Assembly (NCBI GenBank): GCA_951406725.2
Contig: OX597818.1
Location: 71,300,001 to 71,364,000 of the forward strand
Reading direction: 5' to 3'
DNA: 64,000 nt
Origin: Octopus vulgaris
Lineage: Eukaryota
The translations under genes were made by a program, and so were the position numbers. Positions within the stretch are counted from its first letter, which is position 1; every line of letters starts with the position of its first letter. Shown here one piece after another: positions 1-12,700 of the stretch. The notes beneath the pieces are model-generated. The model was not told where the DNA came from. It did not search any database and saw only the letters and a list, made by a program, of their open reading frames with translations.

Positions 1-2594
1 GAACATTATAAACATTTATTTGATATTGAATATACAGCTAAACACATGATTAACTTCACTAGTTGATTATGAGAAATTACGAATTGATGGCTAAATATTG
101 AAGACTATATCTGACCATTAATGATTTGGCCAAAATTTGCTTCTTTGTTTTTATGACGGTTGATAAAGATTTGCTTCAAGGATGTGATTATATGTGTAAA
201 GAATGGATTTATTATGTGAACTTTCCGACAGACAATAACATTGGAAATATTTCCTCCTGCTACTTTTCTAATAATTATAATTCGGTGTGGTGGGCCACGG
301 ATGGTCAGAAAACTAATTGACGTGAGAACTGAAAGTGTGAGTGACAAGCAGATAAATATGTAATAACTTTTTAAGGAAGGAGATTTAGCAGCAGCAAAAA
401 ATGGTTTGAAAACTGCTAGAGGAGGTCGAATTTTGATCGAGTCATATGCATTGTGCTTTATATTAATGCTCTGTGCATAATATAATTCTTATATTAAATG
501 TTTAGTTCTTACTGCACAATGAATCACATTGTCTGTAAATATAGAAATATGTACATGTGTTGCAGTATAAAAACAAAGGCCGAGGTAAAGGACAGGAACC
601 ACTTTCGGTTATTATTATTTTTCTTTCTACAGAAACTCACTTTTTTCGGGTCAATATAAAGATCCTCCCCATTAACGAAAAAGAAATAAAACCCTATAGC
701 CTGCAGGGTGTTAACAACTGTCTACAAAACGAAGATGAAAAACAAAGTTTGAGCAAACGAACCTGGTGGGGTGAGAGGAATTTCGGAAAATTCAAAAGAT
801 CCGAGTTTTCCCTCATAACTTTCAGGAAAATTTTTATATATATATATTACGAAGTACCACGTCTTTGGCCACGGAAAATCCGATACGGAAGAAAAAAAAA
901 AGTGTTTGTTAAATTTCAATCAAAAAAAAAAAAAAAAATCAACCTCCTTCAAATTGTACGGCTTTGGCCTTCAAGCAGGCTATCCACATGCTAGAAATAA
1001 CAACCAAATCTCACAAAACTGCGATGACATAATGAAAGAAATATATAATCAATCTGCCAATTTTGAGATCTAAAGCGTTTGACTCGAGCCCCCCCCCCAA
1101 AAAAATAAATAGTGCAATAGGTATAAAACAACATGTAGTAAAATAATCTGAAAAAAAAGTGCGCGCTGGTAAACGGGGCGCAGGGTAGAGAGCTCGGAAA
1201 ATTCACATCGGGAATGTTCCGAATCCTCTCACCATTTCCCCGTTCGTCAGCGAAAATTGTTTTCTTCGCATTCGTTTACTAGACATTATTTTACACTGTT
1301 TTCGTTCATTTTTGTAGCGTTGAGTTTCGCTTTAGTTTAACCGTTTTGCGTTGGTCAAATGATTCTCTTTAATTTCACTTTGTCACAGTATTTCTTTGGT
1401 ATTTTTACTTTTCTTTCTTCAAAAGAGCTTACTGTTATTTATGCGCTCATTTTTTGTAATTTGCAAAGCAAGAAAAAAAAAAAGAACAAAAAATGAACAC
1501 ATTCATTTCACATGAATTACTTTGTCATATTACTGTGGGAAATTACTCTGAAAGAAATCTTTACAGAAAGGTGAGTAGATTGATTACATATTTCTTTCAT
1601 TATGTTATCGCAGATTTGTGAGATTTGGCTGTTATTTCTAGCATGTGGATAGCCTGCTTGAAGGCCAATGCCTTAGAATTGGGGAGGGGCTGTTGGGTCC
1701 CCCCCCCCCATATATATCCATTTCCCTGAAAGTCATGAGGAAAAAATCGGATCTTGTGAATTTTCCGGAATTCCTCTCCCTGCACCCAGGTTAGTTTGTG
1801 CAAATTTTTTTTTCATATTCGTTTTCTGCATAACTACATATTTCTGCCCTCCACCCCAACTTTGGATGATCATGACTTTCAGAGAAATGGATATTTTTTA
1901 ATGAAATTTTCTACGAATATATGTCAAATCATGTAGATTCTGAATATACAAACTCTTGGGGGAAATGTGTTTTAGGAGGGGGTGGGGAATTTCGGAAAAT
2001 TCACCAGAGTCCACTTCAATTCATGTTAACTTTCAAGAAAATGGATATTTTTTAATGAAATTCTTTATAAATATACCTCGGACTGTGAAGATTCCAAGGA
2101 CAGGAATTTTTGGGGAAAACAATTGGAGGTTATTTTTGAGAACCGTTCCTCATTCATAGGAGTTTAGGAACAAGTCATCCATATGTGTTTTATTTTACCA
2201 GTTGGAGCGTACTTAAAAACTGAATTCGGACTTAAAATTTTGAAATATCAATTTTTTTTTTTGCAGATTCGGAATCTCTGCAGTCAAAAAGGGTGGTGGT
2301 GCAGTCCATATACTTTACATCTGCCAAAAACAAAATTATGAAGATTTTGAATAATTCAAACTCCAACATGAGAAACAGTATGTTAATTTTAACATATTTA
2401 TTGTTAAAAACTTTTAAAAATTTATAAGAAATAAATATGCTGCAAGTGTACTGGCTTGCTTCAGTAGGTTCCATCAAACCTTGTGGTGTGCGACCAATTG
2501 AAGCACTTGGCGCTGATTTGATGTTGTTTCTATCTCTCCCCACCTTTTTTTGCTTCTTTTCTATGTCTTTCTTTTGTATTATATGTACCATATA

Positions 2595-2732
2595 CAGGGC
2601 TGGGTCAAGGTATCGGCAACTCAGGCAGTTGCCCGGGACACTACAAAGACAAGGAAATTTCCATGACCGTCAGCTTGTATATGCTGAAGTTCAGCCTGCC
2701 TGGGGCACTAAGCAACCCTAGGACCAGCCCTG
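2595..2732. mobile_element. Short MITE, hAT-like
   Basis: Terminal inverted repeats CAGGGCTGGGTCAAGG / CCTAGGACCAGCCCTG. Flanks ACCATATA / ATTATATA resemble a decayed 8-bp TSD. Confidence 0.6.
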
Positions 2733-2871
2733 ATTATATACATACATACTATATTGGAAATAAGTCTAACATTGTACCTCCCTTTTTACTTGCTATTTGT
2801 ATTGTATGCTACATATAATTTTACGTGTCGTCTCAATCTGCAACCAGATACAAAAGAATAAAATAAAATGA

Positions 2872-3240
2872 TGGTTATCTTGTTTCAGTCATTAGACTGC
2901 GGCCATGCTGGAGCATCGCCTTGAAGAATTTTAGTTGAATGAATCAACCCCAGTACATATTTTTTTCTTTTTAGCTTGACACTTATTGTATAGGTCTCTT
3001 TTATTAAACCACTAAGTTATAGGGATGTAAACACATCAACACTGGTTGTCAAGTAGTGAAAGGGGACAAGCACAGAGACACATGTATACATACAGACAAC
3101 GGACTCCTTTCAATGTCCTACGAAATCCGTTCACAAAGCTTTGGTTGACTTGAATCTATATTAGAAAACATTAGCCACACAGTTGGATTGAACCCAAAAC
3201 CATGTGATTGGGAAGCAAATTCCTTACCATACAGCCAAGA
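2872..3240 (-). mobile_element. tRNA-derived SINE (family 1), decayed
   Basis: Similar to copies at 8480-8856 and 58525-58870; A/B-box-like head and the CAGCATGGCCGCAGTC..TGACTGAAAC tail on the minus strand. Confidence 0.65.
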
Positions 3241-3479
3241 AGATACATTAGACATGATATAATTTTTACTTCTTTGCTGCAATCTACCTCTATCTAGGGA
3301 AACCTGGAATGAGTTTCCTAGTCCAATTAAACACAATCTATATAACTACCAATGCTATCAATGTGACTACAAAAAACTCCAAAAATAATGCAAATTACTA
3401 TCAAACACAGACCTCCTTCATCACTTGCAACATGTCTCCTTTCTCTGTGACCACCACTACTATTACATCTTCCAGACAC

Positions 3480-4110
3480 TTGCATTTCTATTGCACACAC
3501 ACATGGTTTCTTGCTTTTCCACAAAATCTGGGCTGAGAACTTCCTGGTTAAGGCATAGTGTTTTATCATGGGTGCAAGTTGTTCGATAATTACATGAGTA
3601 GCTGAGTGTTCCTTTGAACAAATTAGATAAAGGCCATGACTTCAGGAATCATGTTTGACATTACATAAGTGACATGATACTCATTCTCATCAGCATATTC
3701 TGTTGTAGCTTCTGGTTGACATGACAGTACATCTGCTGGACTGTGGAAGCTCTTTATGTATTGGAGGCCATCCAACTGTCTCCTTTATTCTTTGAGGCTC
3801 AAACATCTGAAGTAGTGTTGATCTGCCATTGTGGATGCTGTTTCATTTCAATGTTAGGGTGGGATCAATGCAAGAGGAAATTCTATTCAAGAATATATGA
3901 TTGTAAATTTTTGAAGCTAGAGATAAGAGTGTAATTCCTCTGTAGTTCTGAGGCAGGTAAAGGTAACCATTCTTTGAAATTGGAACAAGAATTATACTCT
4001 AATCTCTAAATCTACAACTTTGTGCACTTCTACAGCTTCTGTAGTAAGTCCATTTAAGCAGCTAAATATAATCTGCTGTGACCAAGAAAGTTGAATACTC
4101 CATTGAACTT
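3480..4110 (-). mobile_element. Old non-LTR reverse transcriptase fragment (RTE-like)
   Basis: Minus strand translates to ILVPISKNG...NYRGITLIS near 3915-3995 and a YAD remnant near 3690; many stops. Confidence 0.5.
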
Positions 4111-4635
4111 TCTTAATTGTATATAGAAATAGAATAAAATTTCTATTATTTAACCTTCACTTGTTTTAAATGACCTTGATATCTTATTCTCTTTCTCTTT
4201 TATTTCAGAGTATCTGCTGAGATCAGTATGAGTGAATTTTTGATTTTAGAGCCATTATCAATATCATCTGTGAGCAACTAATGGCAGATATACTACACTA
4301 ATGTAATCCAGTTCATTTAAAACTATGGTGTTTTATGATGAAATATTTCTCCTGAATTGAGATTAAAATCAAAATTTCTCAGCTTCCCTCTCTGGAATAT
4401 ATATAAGACAGTTTTGCATTCTTATTACACTTTGATAAATTTACAAAAGGAGTTTTATTCAGATGGCAGTAAAAATTACAGTTGATGGAAATATAGCAGT
4501 AGAAATATTTTTTAGGAACAAACTCTACAAATCAAGACAATAAAAATATCTTACATTGAGATGAAGGAAAAAAAATTCCCTGAAAAGTAAATATTTGAGA
4601 AATTGGAAGGATCGATTTTTTTTTTTTCTGAAGAG

Positions 4636-6756
4636 ATGCCAAAAATGTTAGGAGAAACATTATACCACTGTGATATCTGTAACAAGTCATTCTTATATAA
4701 ATGTAACCTCACTACACACAAACGAATTCATACAGGAGAGAGACCATATCACTGTGATATTTGTGGTAAATCATTCTCACACAGAAATAGCCTAACTAAT
4801 CACAAACGTTTTCATTTAGGAGAAAAGCCATATCACTGCAATATCTGTGGCAAATCATTTTGTGAGGCTGGTAACTTAACTAAACACAAACGCATTCATA
4901 CTGGAGAGAAACCATATCACTGTAACATTTGTGGTAATTCGTTCTCTCATATTAGTACCTTAACTAATCACAAACGTACTCATACAGGAGACAGGCCATA
5001 TAACTGTGAGATCTGTGGCAAATCATTCTCTCACAGAAATAGTTTAACTAACCATAAACGGTTTCATTCTGGAGAAAAACCATATCTCTGTGATATCTGT
5101 GGTAAATCATTCTCTGAAACAGGTAACTTATCTATACACAAGCGTATTCATACTGGAGAGAAACCACATCATTGTCATATCTGTGGTAAATCATTCTCTC
5201 ATGTAGGCACTTTAACTAAGCACAAACATACACACACAGGGGAGAAACCATATCAGTGTGATATCTGTGGTAAATCATTCTCTTATATAAGTACATTGAC
5301 TCAGCACAAACTTAATCATACAGGGGAGAAGCCATATCATTGTGATATCTGTGGTAAATCATTCTCTCATGTAGGTACTTTGACCCAGCACAAACATACA
5401 CACACAGGAGAGAAACCATATCAGTGTGATATCTGTGGTAAATCATTCTCTTATATAAGTACATTGACTCAGCACAAACTTAATCATACAGGGGAGAAGC
5501 CATATCATTGTGATATCTGTGGCAAATCATTCTCTCACAGAAATAGTTTAACTAACCATAAACGGTTTCATTCTGGAGAAAAACCATATCTCTGTGATAT
5601 CTGTGGTAAATCATTCTCTGAAACAGGTAACTTATCTATACACAAGCGTATTCATACTGGAGAGAAACCACATCATTGTCATATCTGTGGTAAATCATTC
5701 TCTCATGTAGGCACTTTAACTAAGCACAAACATACACACACAGGAGAGAAACCATATCAGTGTGATATCTGTGGTAAATCATTCTCTCATGTAGGTACTT
5801 TGACCCAGCACAAACATACACACACAGGAGAGAAACCATATCAGTGTGATATCTGTGGTAAATCATTCTCTCATGTAGGTACTTTGACCCAGCACAAACA
5901 TACACACACAGGAGAGAAACCATATCAGTGTGATATCTGTGGTAAATCATTCTCTTATATAAGTACATTGACTCAGCACAAACTTAATCATACAGGGGAG
6001 AAGCCATATCAGTGTGATATCTGTGGTAAATCATTCTCTTATATAAGTACATTGACTCAGCACAAACTTAATCATACAGGGGAGAAGCCATATCAGTGTG
6101 ATATCTGTGGTAAATCATTCTCTTATATAAGTACATTGACTCAGCACAAACTTAATCATACAGGGGAGAAACCATATCAGTGTGATATCTGTGGTAAATC
6201 ATTCTCTCAATTAGGTAACTTAAGTGCACACATGTATGTTCATGCACAAGAGAAACACTATCATTGTGATATCTGTGGTAAATCTTTCTCCCAGAGAGGT
6301 AGCTTAATTGTACATATCCGTATTCATACAGGGGAGAAACCATATCATTGTGGTATTTGTGATAAATCATTCTCCCATGCTTGTAGCTTAACAAAGCACA
6401 AACATACCCATACAGGAGAAAAACCATATCACTGTGACATTTGTAGTAAATCTTTCTCACAGCATAATCACTTAACTACTCACAAACGATCTCACACAGG
6501 AGAGAAGCCATGTCTCTGTGATATCTGCAGGAAGTCATTCGCTCGCATAGTTACCTTAACTAAGCACAAACGTACTCATACAGGTGAGAAACCATATCTC
6601 TGTGATATCTGTGGCAAATCCTTCTCTGAGACAGGTAACTTAACTATACACAAACGTATTCATACTGGTGAGAAACCATATCACTGTGGTATTTGTAGTA
6701 AATCATTCTCTCAAAAAACTCACTTATGTTCACATGTATGTATTCATACAGAATAG
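4636..6756 (+). CDS. Tandem C2H2 zinc-finger protein, 25 fingers, no recognisable effector domain
   Basis: Uninterrupted ORF (track 4603..6756 starts at TTG; first ATG at 4636). It contains 25 consecutive C-x2-C-x12-H-x3-H units, mostly with TGEKPY-type linkers. Confidence 0.95.
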   Translation: MPKMLGETLYHCDICNKSFLYKCNLTTHKRIHTGERPYHCDICGKSFSHRNSLTNHKRFHLGEKPYHCNICGKSFCEAGNLTKHKRIHTGEKPYHCNICGNSFSHISTLTNHKRTHTGDRPYNCEICGKSFSHRNSLTNHKRFHSGEKPYLCDICGKSFSETGNLSIHKRIHTGEKPHHCHICGKSFSHVGTLTKHKHTHTGEKPYQCDICGKSFSYISTLTQHKLNHTGEKPYHCDICGKSFSHVGTLTQHKHTHTGEKPYQCDICGKSFSYISTLTQHKLNHTGEKPYHCDICGKSFSHRNSLTNHKRFHSGEKPYLCDICGKSFSETGNLSIHKRIHTGEKPHHCHICGKSFSHVGTLTKHKHTHTGEKPYQCDICGKSFSHVGTLTQHKHTHTGEKPYQCDICGKSFSHVGTLTQHKHTHTGEKPYQCDICGKSFSYISTLTQHKLNHTGEKPYQCDICGKSFSYISTLTQHKLNHTGEKPYQCDICGKSFSYISTLTQHKLNHTGEKPYQCDICGKSFSQLGNLSAHMYVHAQEKHYHCDICGKSFSQRGSLIVHIRIHTGEKPYHCGICDKSFSHACSLTKHKHTHTGEKPYHCDICSKSFSQHNHLTTHKRSHTGEKPCLCDICRKSFARIVTLTKHKRTHTGEKPYLCDICGKSFSETGNLTIHKRIHTGEKPYHCGICSKSFSQKTHLCSHVCIHTE

Positions 6757-6957
6757 TAACTGCTTTTATGTAAAAGATCTCTCACTGCATCTAATATCTT
6801 ATATCATCATAAATTTGCTTACATAGGAGAAAACAATGTAACTGTATATTAACAAGCATCAAACATGGTATTCTACATAACCATAAGAATATCAACTGTA
6901 ATTATCATACTGTAAAGTGGCTGGTATTTGGAAAAGCCTCCAGCTGTAAAAACCATA

Positions 6958-8256
6958 TGATATCATCATCATTTAACTTCTGCTTTCCAAGCTGGCATAG
7001 GTTGGATGGTTTGACTGAGGACTGGTGAGCCAGAGGCTGCACCAGGCTCAATCTGGCCTGGCAAAGTTTCTGCAGCTGGATGCCTTTCCTAATGCCAACC
7101 ACTCCAAGAGTGTAGTGTTGCTTTTTACATGCCACTAGCACGAGGTCCAGTCAGGCAGTTCTAGCAATGACCATGCTCACTCAAAAGGTGCTTTTACGTG
7201 CTACCTGCACAGGAGCCAGTCCGGAGGCACTGGCAATGACCATGCTTGAATGTTGTGTTTCACGTGCCACTGGCACATATATTGGTAAGGCGACTCTGGC
7301 AACGATCATGCTCGAATGGTGCTTTTCACGTGTCACCGGCACAGGAGCCAATCCGTGGCCCTGGCAATGATCATGCTGAGACATGCTTTTAATGGTCCAC
7401 TGGCACAAGTGCCAATCAGGCAGTGCTATCAATGGCCACGTCAGTGAATTTGGTTTGTTTACATTTGCCTCATTAGGTCATTGCAAGAAAAGTTCATTGT
7501 CCAGTGAATGAGGGGTACTTGTAAGTGGGCTGGTTACACCCAATGTTTGGATGTGCTTTTGACATTCCACTAGCACAAGTTCCAATCAGGTGGTACTGTC
7601 GTCAGTCATGTCAGCAATTTTGATTTTGATTTCACTTGCCTCAACAGGTCTTCACAAGCAAGTTTTATTATCCAATGAATGAGGGGTATTCATAAATGGG
7701 CTGGTTACACCCATTGGCATAGGCCATGGGCTATGGTCTCACTTGGCTTGTCAGGTCTTCTCAAGCACAGCATATCTTCAAAGGTCCTGGTCACTAGTCA
7801 TTGCTTTGTTAAGGCCCACACTTCACCACCTCATCCCAGGTCTTCCTGGGTCTACCTCTTCCACAAGTTCCCTCAACTGCTAGGGTGTGACACTTTTTCA
7901 CACAGCTCTCCCCATTCATTCGCAACACATGACCATACCAGTGCAATCGTCTGTCTTGAACACCACATCTGATGTTTCTTAAGTCTAATTTTTCTCTCAG
8001 GGCACTTACACTCTGTCATGTATGCACACTGACATTACACATCCATTGGAGCATACTGGCTTCATTCCTTGCAAGTTTGTGCAAGTCCTCACCAGTCACG
8101 GGCCATGTTTCACTGCCATGTAGCATGCTGTTCATACACGTGTGTCATACGGTCTACCTTTTACTCTGATCGAGAATTCCTTTGTCACCAGAAAATGTAG
8201 GAGCTCTCTGAACTTTGCCCAGGCTATTCTTATTCTAGCAGCTACATTTTCAGAGC
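6958..8256 (-). mobile_element. 5'-truncated copy of RTE family A (3' end of ORF plus 3'UTR)
   Basis: Reverse-complement match to ~25995-27190, e.g. GAGCTCTCTGAACTTTGCCCAGGCTATTCTTATTCTAGCAGCTAC; (CAT)n tail at the left end. Confidence 0.85.
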
Positions 8257-8479
8257 ATATATATATACACACACACACACAAATGTGTTTGTGCGTTACG
8301 TTTAAAATTAAAATTTAGATAGGAGACTTAAAAACGTAGTAGCCAAAACTTGTTTTGGTTATGTCCCTATCAGTGTGCTTTGAGAGCACGTTTGCCACAT
8401 ATGGCTACCAGGTGTCATTTGTGTGCTAAATAAAGGTCACAGTACACTGTTTTGCCCATCAATTATTTAAAATATACAT

Positions 8480-8856
8480 ATATTCTTTTATTTGTTTTAG
8501 TCATTTGACTGCAGCCATGCTGGAGCACTGCTTTTTAGTTGAAGAAATTGACCCCTAGACTTATTATTTGTAAGCCTGGTACTTATTCTATCAGTTACTG
8601 TAACCCGAAATTACAGGAATGTAAACACACCAGTTGTTAAGTGATGTGGGGAAAAATAGACACACACATAAATAAATATATATATATATATACATATGAT
8701 GGGCTTCTTTCAGTTTCTGTCTTACAAACCTACTCACAAGGCTTTTGTCGACCTGAAGCTACAGTAGAAGACACTTGCCCAAGGTGCCATGCAGTTGGAC
8801 TGAACCCAGAACCATCTGGTTGACAAACTTCCCACCACACAGCCATGCCTACGCCT
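8480..8856 (-). mobile_element. tRNA-derived SINE (family 1)
   Basis: Minus strand begins GGCGTAGGCATGGCTGTGTGG (A-box-like) with GGTTCAGTCC (B-box-like) and ends GTGCTCCAGCATGGCTGCAGTCAAATGACTAAAAC. Confidence 0.75.
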
Positions 8857-10613
8857 ATATAAATACCATTTAATGTACACAGTATAAAGATGAGGGCTAC
8901 TAATAGTATTTTCTATGGAAATGTGTCTAGGCAGGTTTTTATAACACACCTTGTGACTAAGTAATATTTAGGTTTTGAGCACGTGATTTGTTCATGAGAA
9001 GGTTGATGCATGAAGTGGAAGGGTTAATGAAAAGGAAAAGAAAATTAGAGTTACGCCCCTTAAATTTTATGTATGTATGTATGTATCCCTTCAAGGGAAT
9101 GATTTTGTTGTTTGTAAGATTTATATAATTTTTATTTCTTTTGTTTATAACCTTATTCCTTCCACACTTGATAATGAAACTGAATGTTATTTTGTATGTG
9201 TTGCATTTGTAGTTAGACATGAAGGAACTATTTTGTTGTGGTGGCATAGCACAGTCGTGCTATGCTCATTTCATCCAATTAGAGCTACCTGCGGTTTAGT
9301 AATGCAAGTATTAACTTCTGCCAAGCAGTATTGTGCACCTCTTTCAAATTGCATTTAGTCACAGCATTGAAGGCGAGGAAGCAGTACCTTTTTCTTTAAC
9401 ATGTTACAGCTTGGATCTATTATTTTTCATTAGCAAAATATGCATTTTTTAAAAGGTATTAAAAAATCTGAAAATTGGCTATAATAATGTAGCCTTCCTA
9501 TCTTGTTGCTTCGAAGGTAGATACTGTTGAGAAAAAAGTTACAGAGGTTTAAAAATAAAAAAAAACTGTATATTTTTAACCAATAGTGAGATAGAAATTT
9601 TCTATGTATAGCAGAGCAGTGTCAACTTTAAGGTTGTACCCTGTTAAATTTAGAGTTTAGCTTCTGACCTGTTCATATTGGGTTTCTAAACAGAAATACC
9701 TAATAAAATCAATATGTATCATCTGTTTCTTTTGTCTCTTCAATAATTGTATGGTTTTATTATTTTAAAACAATTTTTATTTTAATATATTTGTCTGCAT
9801 ATGTTTACTTTATGTGCATTTCAGTATTATGTATACCTGTCATGTATTTTTGTACATCATTAATATATAAGTGCATGTGAATGTATGTATTCATATATAA
9901 GTTTATATGTACATTTATGTATTCATGTGTGTGTATTTGAAGGGGGCATCTGTCAGCAAAACTCCAAAGTTGAGTAATGTTTTCATGCTTGGATTTGTAA
10001 ACTACGATAACAATAACGATGATCAACAAAGAATTTTTCCCAAGGAAAAGAATACCTCTATCTTATATGTTTTTGCATGCAGAATTCAAAAATAATGACA
10101 AATTATATGTATCACCCATAGTTCCTCTGTTCCACAGTATCCCTCTTAGTTCCTGTTATGTGGCTTAAATTTCAGTTAACTTTAACTCAAATGTGAGTAG
10201 CAGAATTAAATGACACTAATGTTCGTTATAAAAAAAACCATTGCGACAACTAATGAGAATCCTGTTTGACAATAAGCAGGTCTTTTGTTTGAGTTATAAA
10301 GATTGTGTTAGAAATATCTCTGAACATGGTATAGGTTGTTAAGTAATGGGATGGAATTTTCTGTCATCTCAGTGTTTATAAAGAATTATTAGAACTAAGT
10401 GTTATTGTTTATTCCTTGGTAACCTTGAGGGGAGCATAACGCATAACTTCAATCTAAAACATTCTAATGGTAATGACCCCCATCTTTTCCTTTTTTTTCC
10501 TTTCTGAAATAGTGTATCATAATCTATTTTATTCAATATGTCCTTTGAAAAAAAAAAAAGATGGACATCTTTTCATGAGCACTAATTTTTTTTTTTCATA
10601 TTCGTTTAGAGCA

Positions 10614-10862
10614 AGTTGTTTTACACCAATTACAGTATTTCTTTCCTATTTCGTTTGGCTCAGGTCAAACACTAGTTTAAAGGCCATAGTTTGACAATGT
10701 GAATTTTCCGAGTCCTCTCCCTCATGCCACTCCATTCGCAAAAGGTGGGTCGGGGAGAGAACTCGGAAAATTCATGTTGTCAAACCATGGCCTTTAAACT
10801 ATAGTGTTTGAACCAAGCCCCCAAAAAGGGGAAAAAATACTGTAATTGGTGTAAAACAACTT
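10614..10862. repeat. Palindromic/foldback element (~105-bp imperfect arms)
   Basis: GTTGTTTTACACCAATTACAGTATTT...AATTTTCCGAGTCCTCTCCC is mirrored by GGGAGAGAACTCGGAAAATT...AATACTGTAATTGGTGTAAAACAAC. Confidence 0.8.
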
Positions 10863-11436
10863 TCACTTCTTTACACATTTTTCTATATTTTTCCTGTAGC
10901 CCTGTTTTTTTTCTTGTGCATGTGCGTATATAGACGTGTGTATGAACCTTTTTTGTGCCCATGCATGTGCGAGCGTGTATGCGGGTAAGTATATATTTTT
11001 TGGTGAATGTGTGGTTGAGCATGTGTGTGTTTCAAGTGAGGGTGGATGAGTTTAGACATATAGGTGCATCTACATGGATGTGTATGTATGGACATGCGAT
11101 TGCTATGAACATTTTTACTCCCTTACCTTTACTTCCTCCCCTTACTTAGCAGTCATTCTAATGGCTCTTTTGTCTTAATAACGGTCAATCACAGTAATTT
11201 CCCTTTGTTTTAACAATCATTTTCATAGCATTTTTTCCATTGGTCCACTAACTGAAGAGATGCCAGCATGGGTTTCAACCCCGACATCCGAAATTCGGCT
11301 CGGACTTCTATTATGGCTACCGAATAATTGTCGCATATTATACTTACAGATAAATTCCTCTATTTACATAACATCGAGATCTCTTTCATTCTTTTGTTGT
11401 CTTGCCATTTCTATCAATATATATATATATATATAT

Positions 11437-11778
11437 ATCATCATCATCGTTTAACATCCGCTTTTCATGCTGGCATGGATTAGATGGTTTGGCTGAGGAA
11501 TGGCAAGCTAGAAGTCTGCACCAGACTCCATTCTGATCTGGCATGCTTTCTACAGCTAGATGCCCTTCCTAACACCAACCACTCTGAGAGGCTAGTGTGT
11601 GCTTTTGTGCCACCAGCATGAGGGCCAGTCAAGTGGTACTGGCAACGACCACATTCAAAAGGTGTTTTTTACGTACCACCTGCACAGAGCCAGTCCAGCG
11701 GCACTGGCAATGACCACGCTCAAATGTTGGTTTTCATGTGCCACCAGCATATGTGCCAATGAGGCGACACTGGCTGCA
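11437..11778 (-). mobile_element. RTE family A 3'UTR fragment
   Basis: CATCATCATCGTTTAACATCCGCTTTTCATGCTGGCATGG matches the reverse complement of the 27140-27190 terminus. Confidence 0.8.
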
Positions 11779-12700
11779 CAATATGAACCATATGGGGATC
11801 GACAGGACAATGTTTTTGGCTAGGATGGTCGACCCCAATGTCACTACAGAGAGCATTCGGATGATAGTAGGGAAATGTAAGAGGTGTCGATTGATCCTGC
11901 TCCTGAAATAGACCAACCAGGAAAGATTCAGGAAGAGGAAGAATGGAAGAGGCTGGCCAGTGATGTGACTATAGGGGAAAGATGTACCTTTGAATGGTCG
12001 ATAGTGGACCGGAGTGAATGGCTATATGGAGAGAAATCAGGGTGGAGACTGCTGCCGAGGTGCTGAATGCAGTGTTTTTGGAAAGAGGGACTGTAGATGA
12101 GCTATTAATGGATAACAGCACAGTTTTTACGCTCAGAGCAGCCGAGAGAGATGCTTGGAAGATAGAGCACAAGACACTTTTTCAGAGCTGCATACAGACT
12201 AGGTTGAAATGGGATTGTGGAACGGCAACAACGTACGATTATAGCCATGGCTAGAGGGGACGAATCTCCTCTAAGGAAACAGTCTTTTAGTATAACATGA
12301 CACCTAGTGTAGGGCAAGCCGAAGAATCGGTCCCGCACAGGGCAATATTCCGATACAAATCGAGACACGTGAGTGCAGTGCCACAGCTGCTAGAAGTGGA
12401 AGGGACTGCATCTGTGAATGTTGGAGAATCAACGTGGATGAAGACCCCGAATGCTCGGTGCTCAACGCATTGGGAAAAAGTAAAGGTGACCGCAATCAGT
12501 ACCTTGAATAATGTGTCAATGGATGGAATGTCACGAACATCCCAGATATTCAAAGAGTGATTAGCTCTTCCGATGACGAAGGGGAAGGTGAAGGTGGCCC
12601 CAAGACCCTACAGAGATTTCTGAGGGAATGTTGTTCCCCCAGGTGGATGGATGATTACGAGGTAGAACAGGGGAGCTGTGATCTTTAGATCAAGGGGCGC
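11779..12700 (+). mobile_element. Degenerate Gypsy-type integrase fragment
   Basis: Frameshifted WKRLASDVT, LMDNSTVF, (N)GIVERQQRTI and YNMTP motifs corresponding to the D,D(35)E core. An LTR may follow but could not be delimited. Confidence 0.65.

Larger units (their letters stand above)
1571..4208 (+). other. Putative 5'UTR intron of the zinc-finger gene (non-coding first exon ending at 1570)
   Basis: Strong donor AAG|GTGAGT at 1570/1571 and pyrimidine tract plus TTTCAG| acceptor ending 4208. A locally CpG-richer stretch at ~1160-1350 may be the promoter/first exon. Inference; no transcript evidence. Confidence 0.5.

Noticed and set aside
1-560. Short ORFs that might be a transposase or exon remnant
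   Set aside because: No recognisable motif or consistent splice structure.
5720-6460. Repetitive antisense ORFs ([13 protein letters not shown]...)
   Set aside because: Shadow frames of the zinc-finger repeats.
4663-6756. Regular 84-bp periodicity as a CRISPR-like array, or the gene as PRDM9/KRAB-ZNF
   Set aside because: The repeats are coding C2H2 fingers with no unique spacers or cas genes; no SET, KRAB or SSXRD coding exon was visible upstream.
7140-7440. Short recurring GTGCCACTGGCAC-like units with variable spacers
   Set aside because: Internal subrepeats of the RTE family A 3'UTR, found in every copy; not an independent array.
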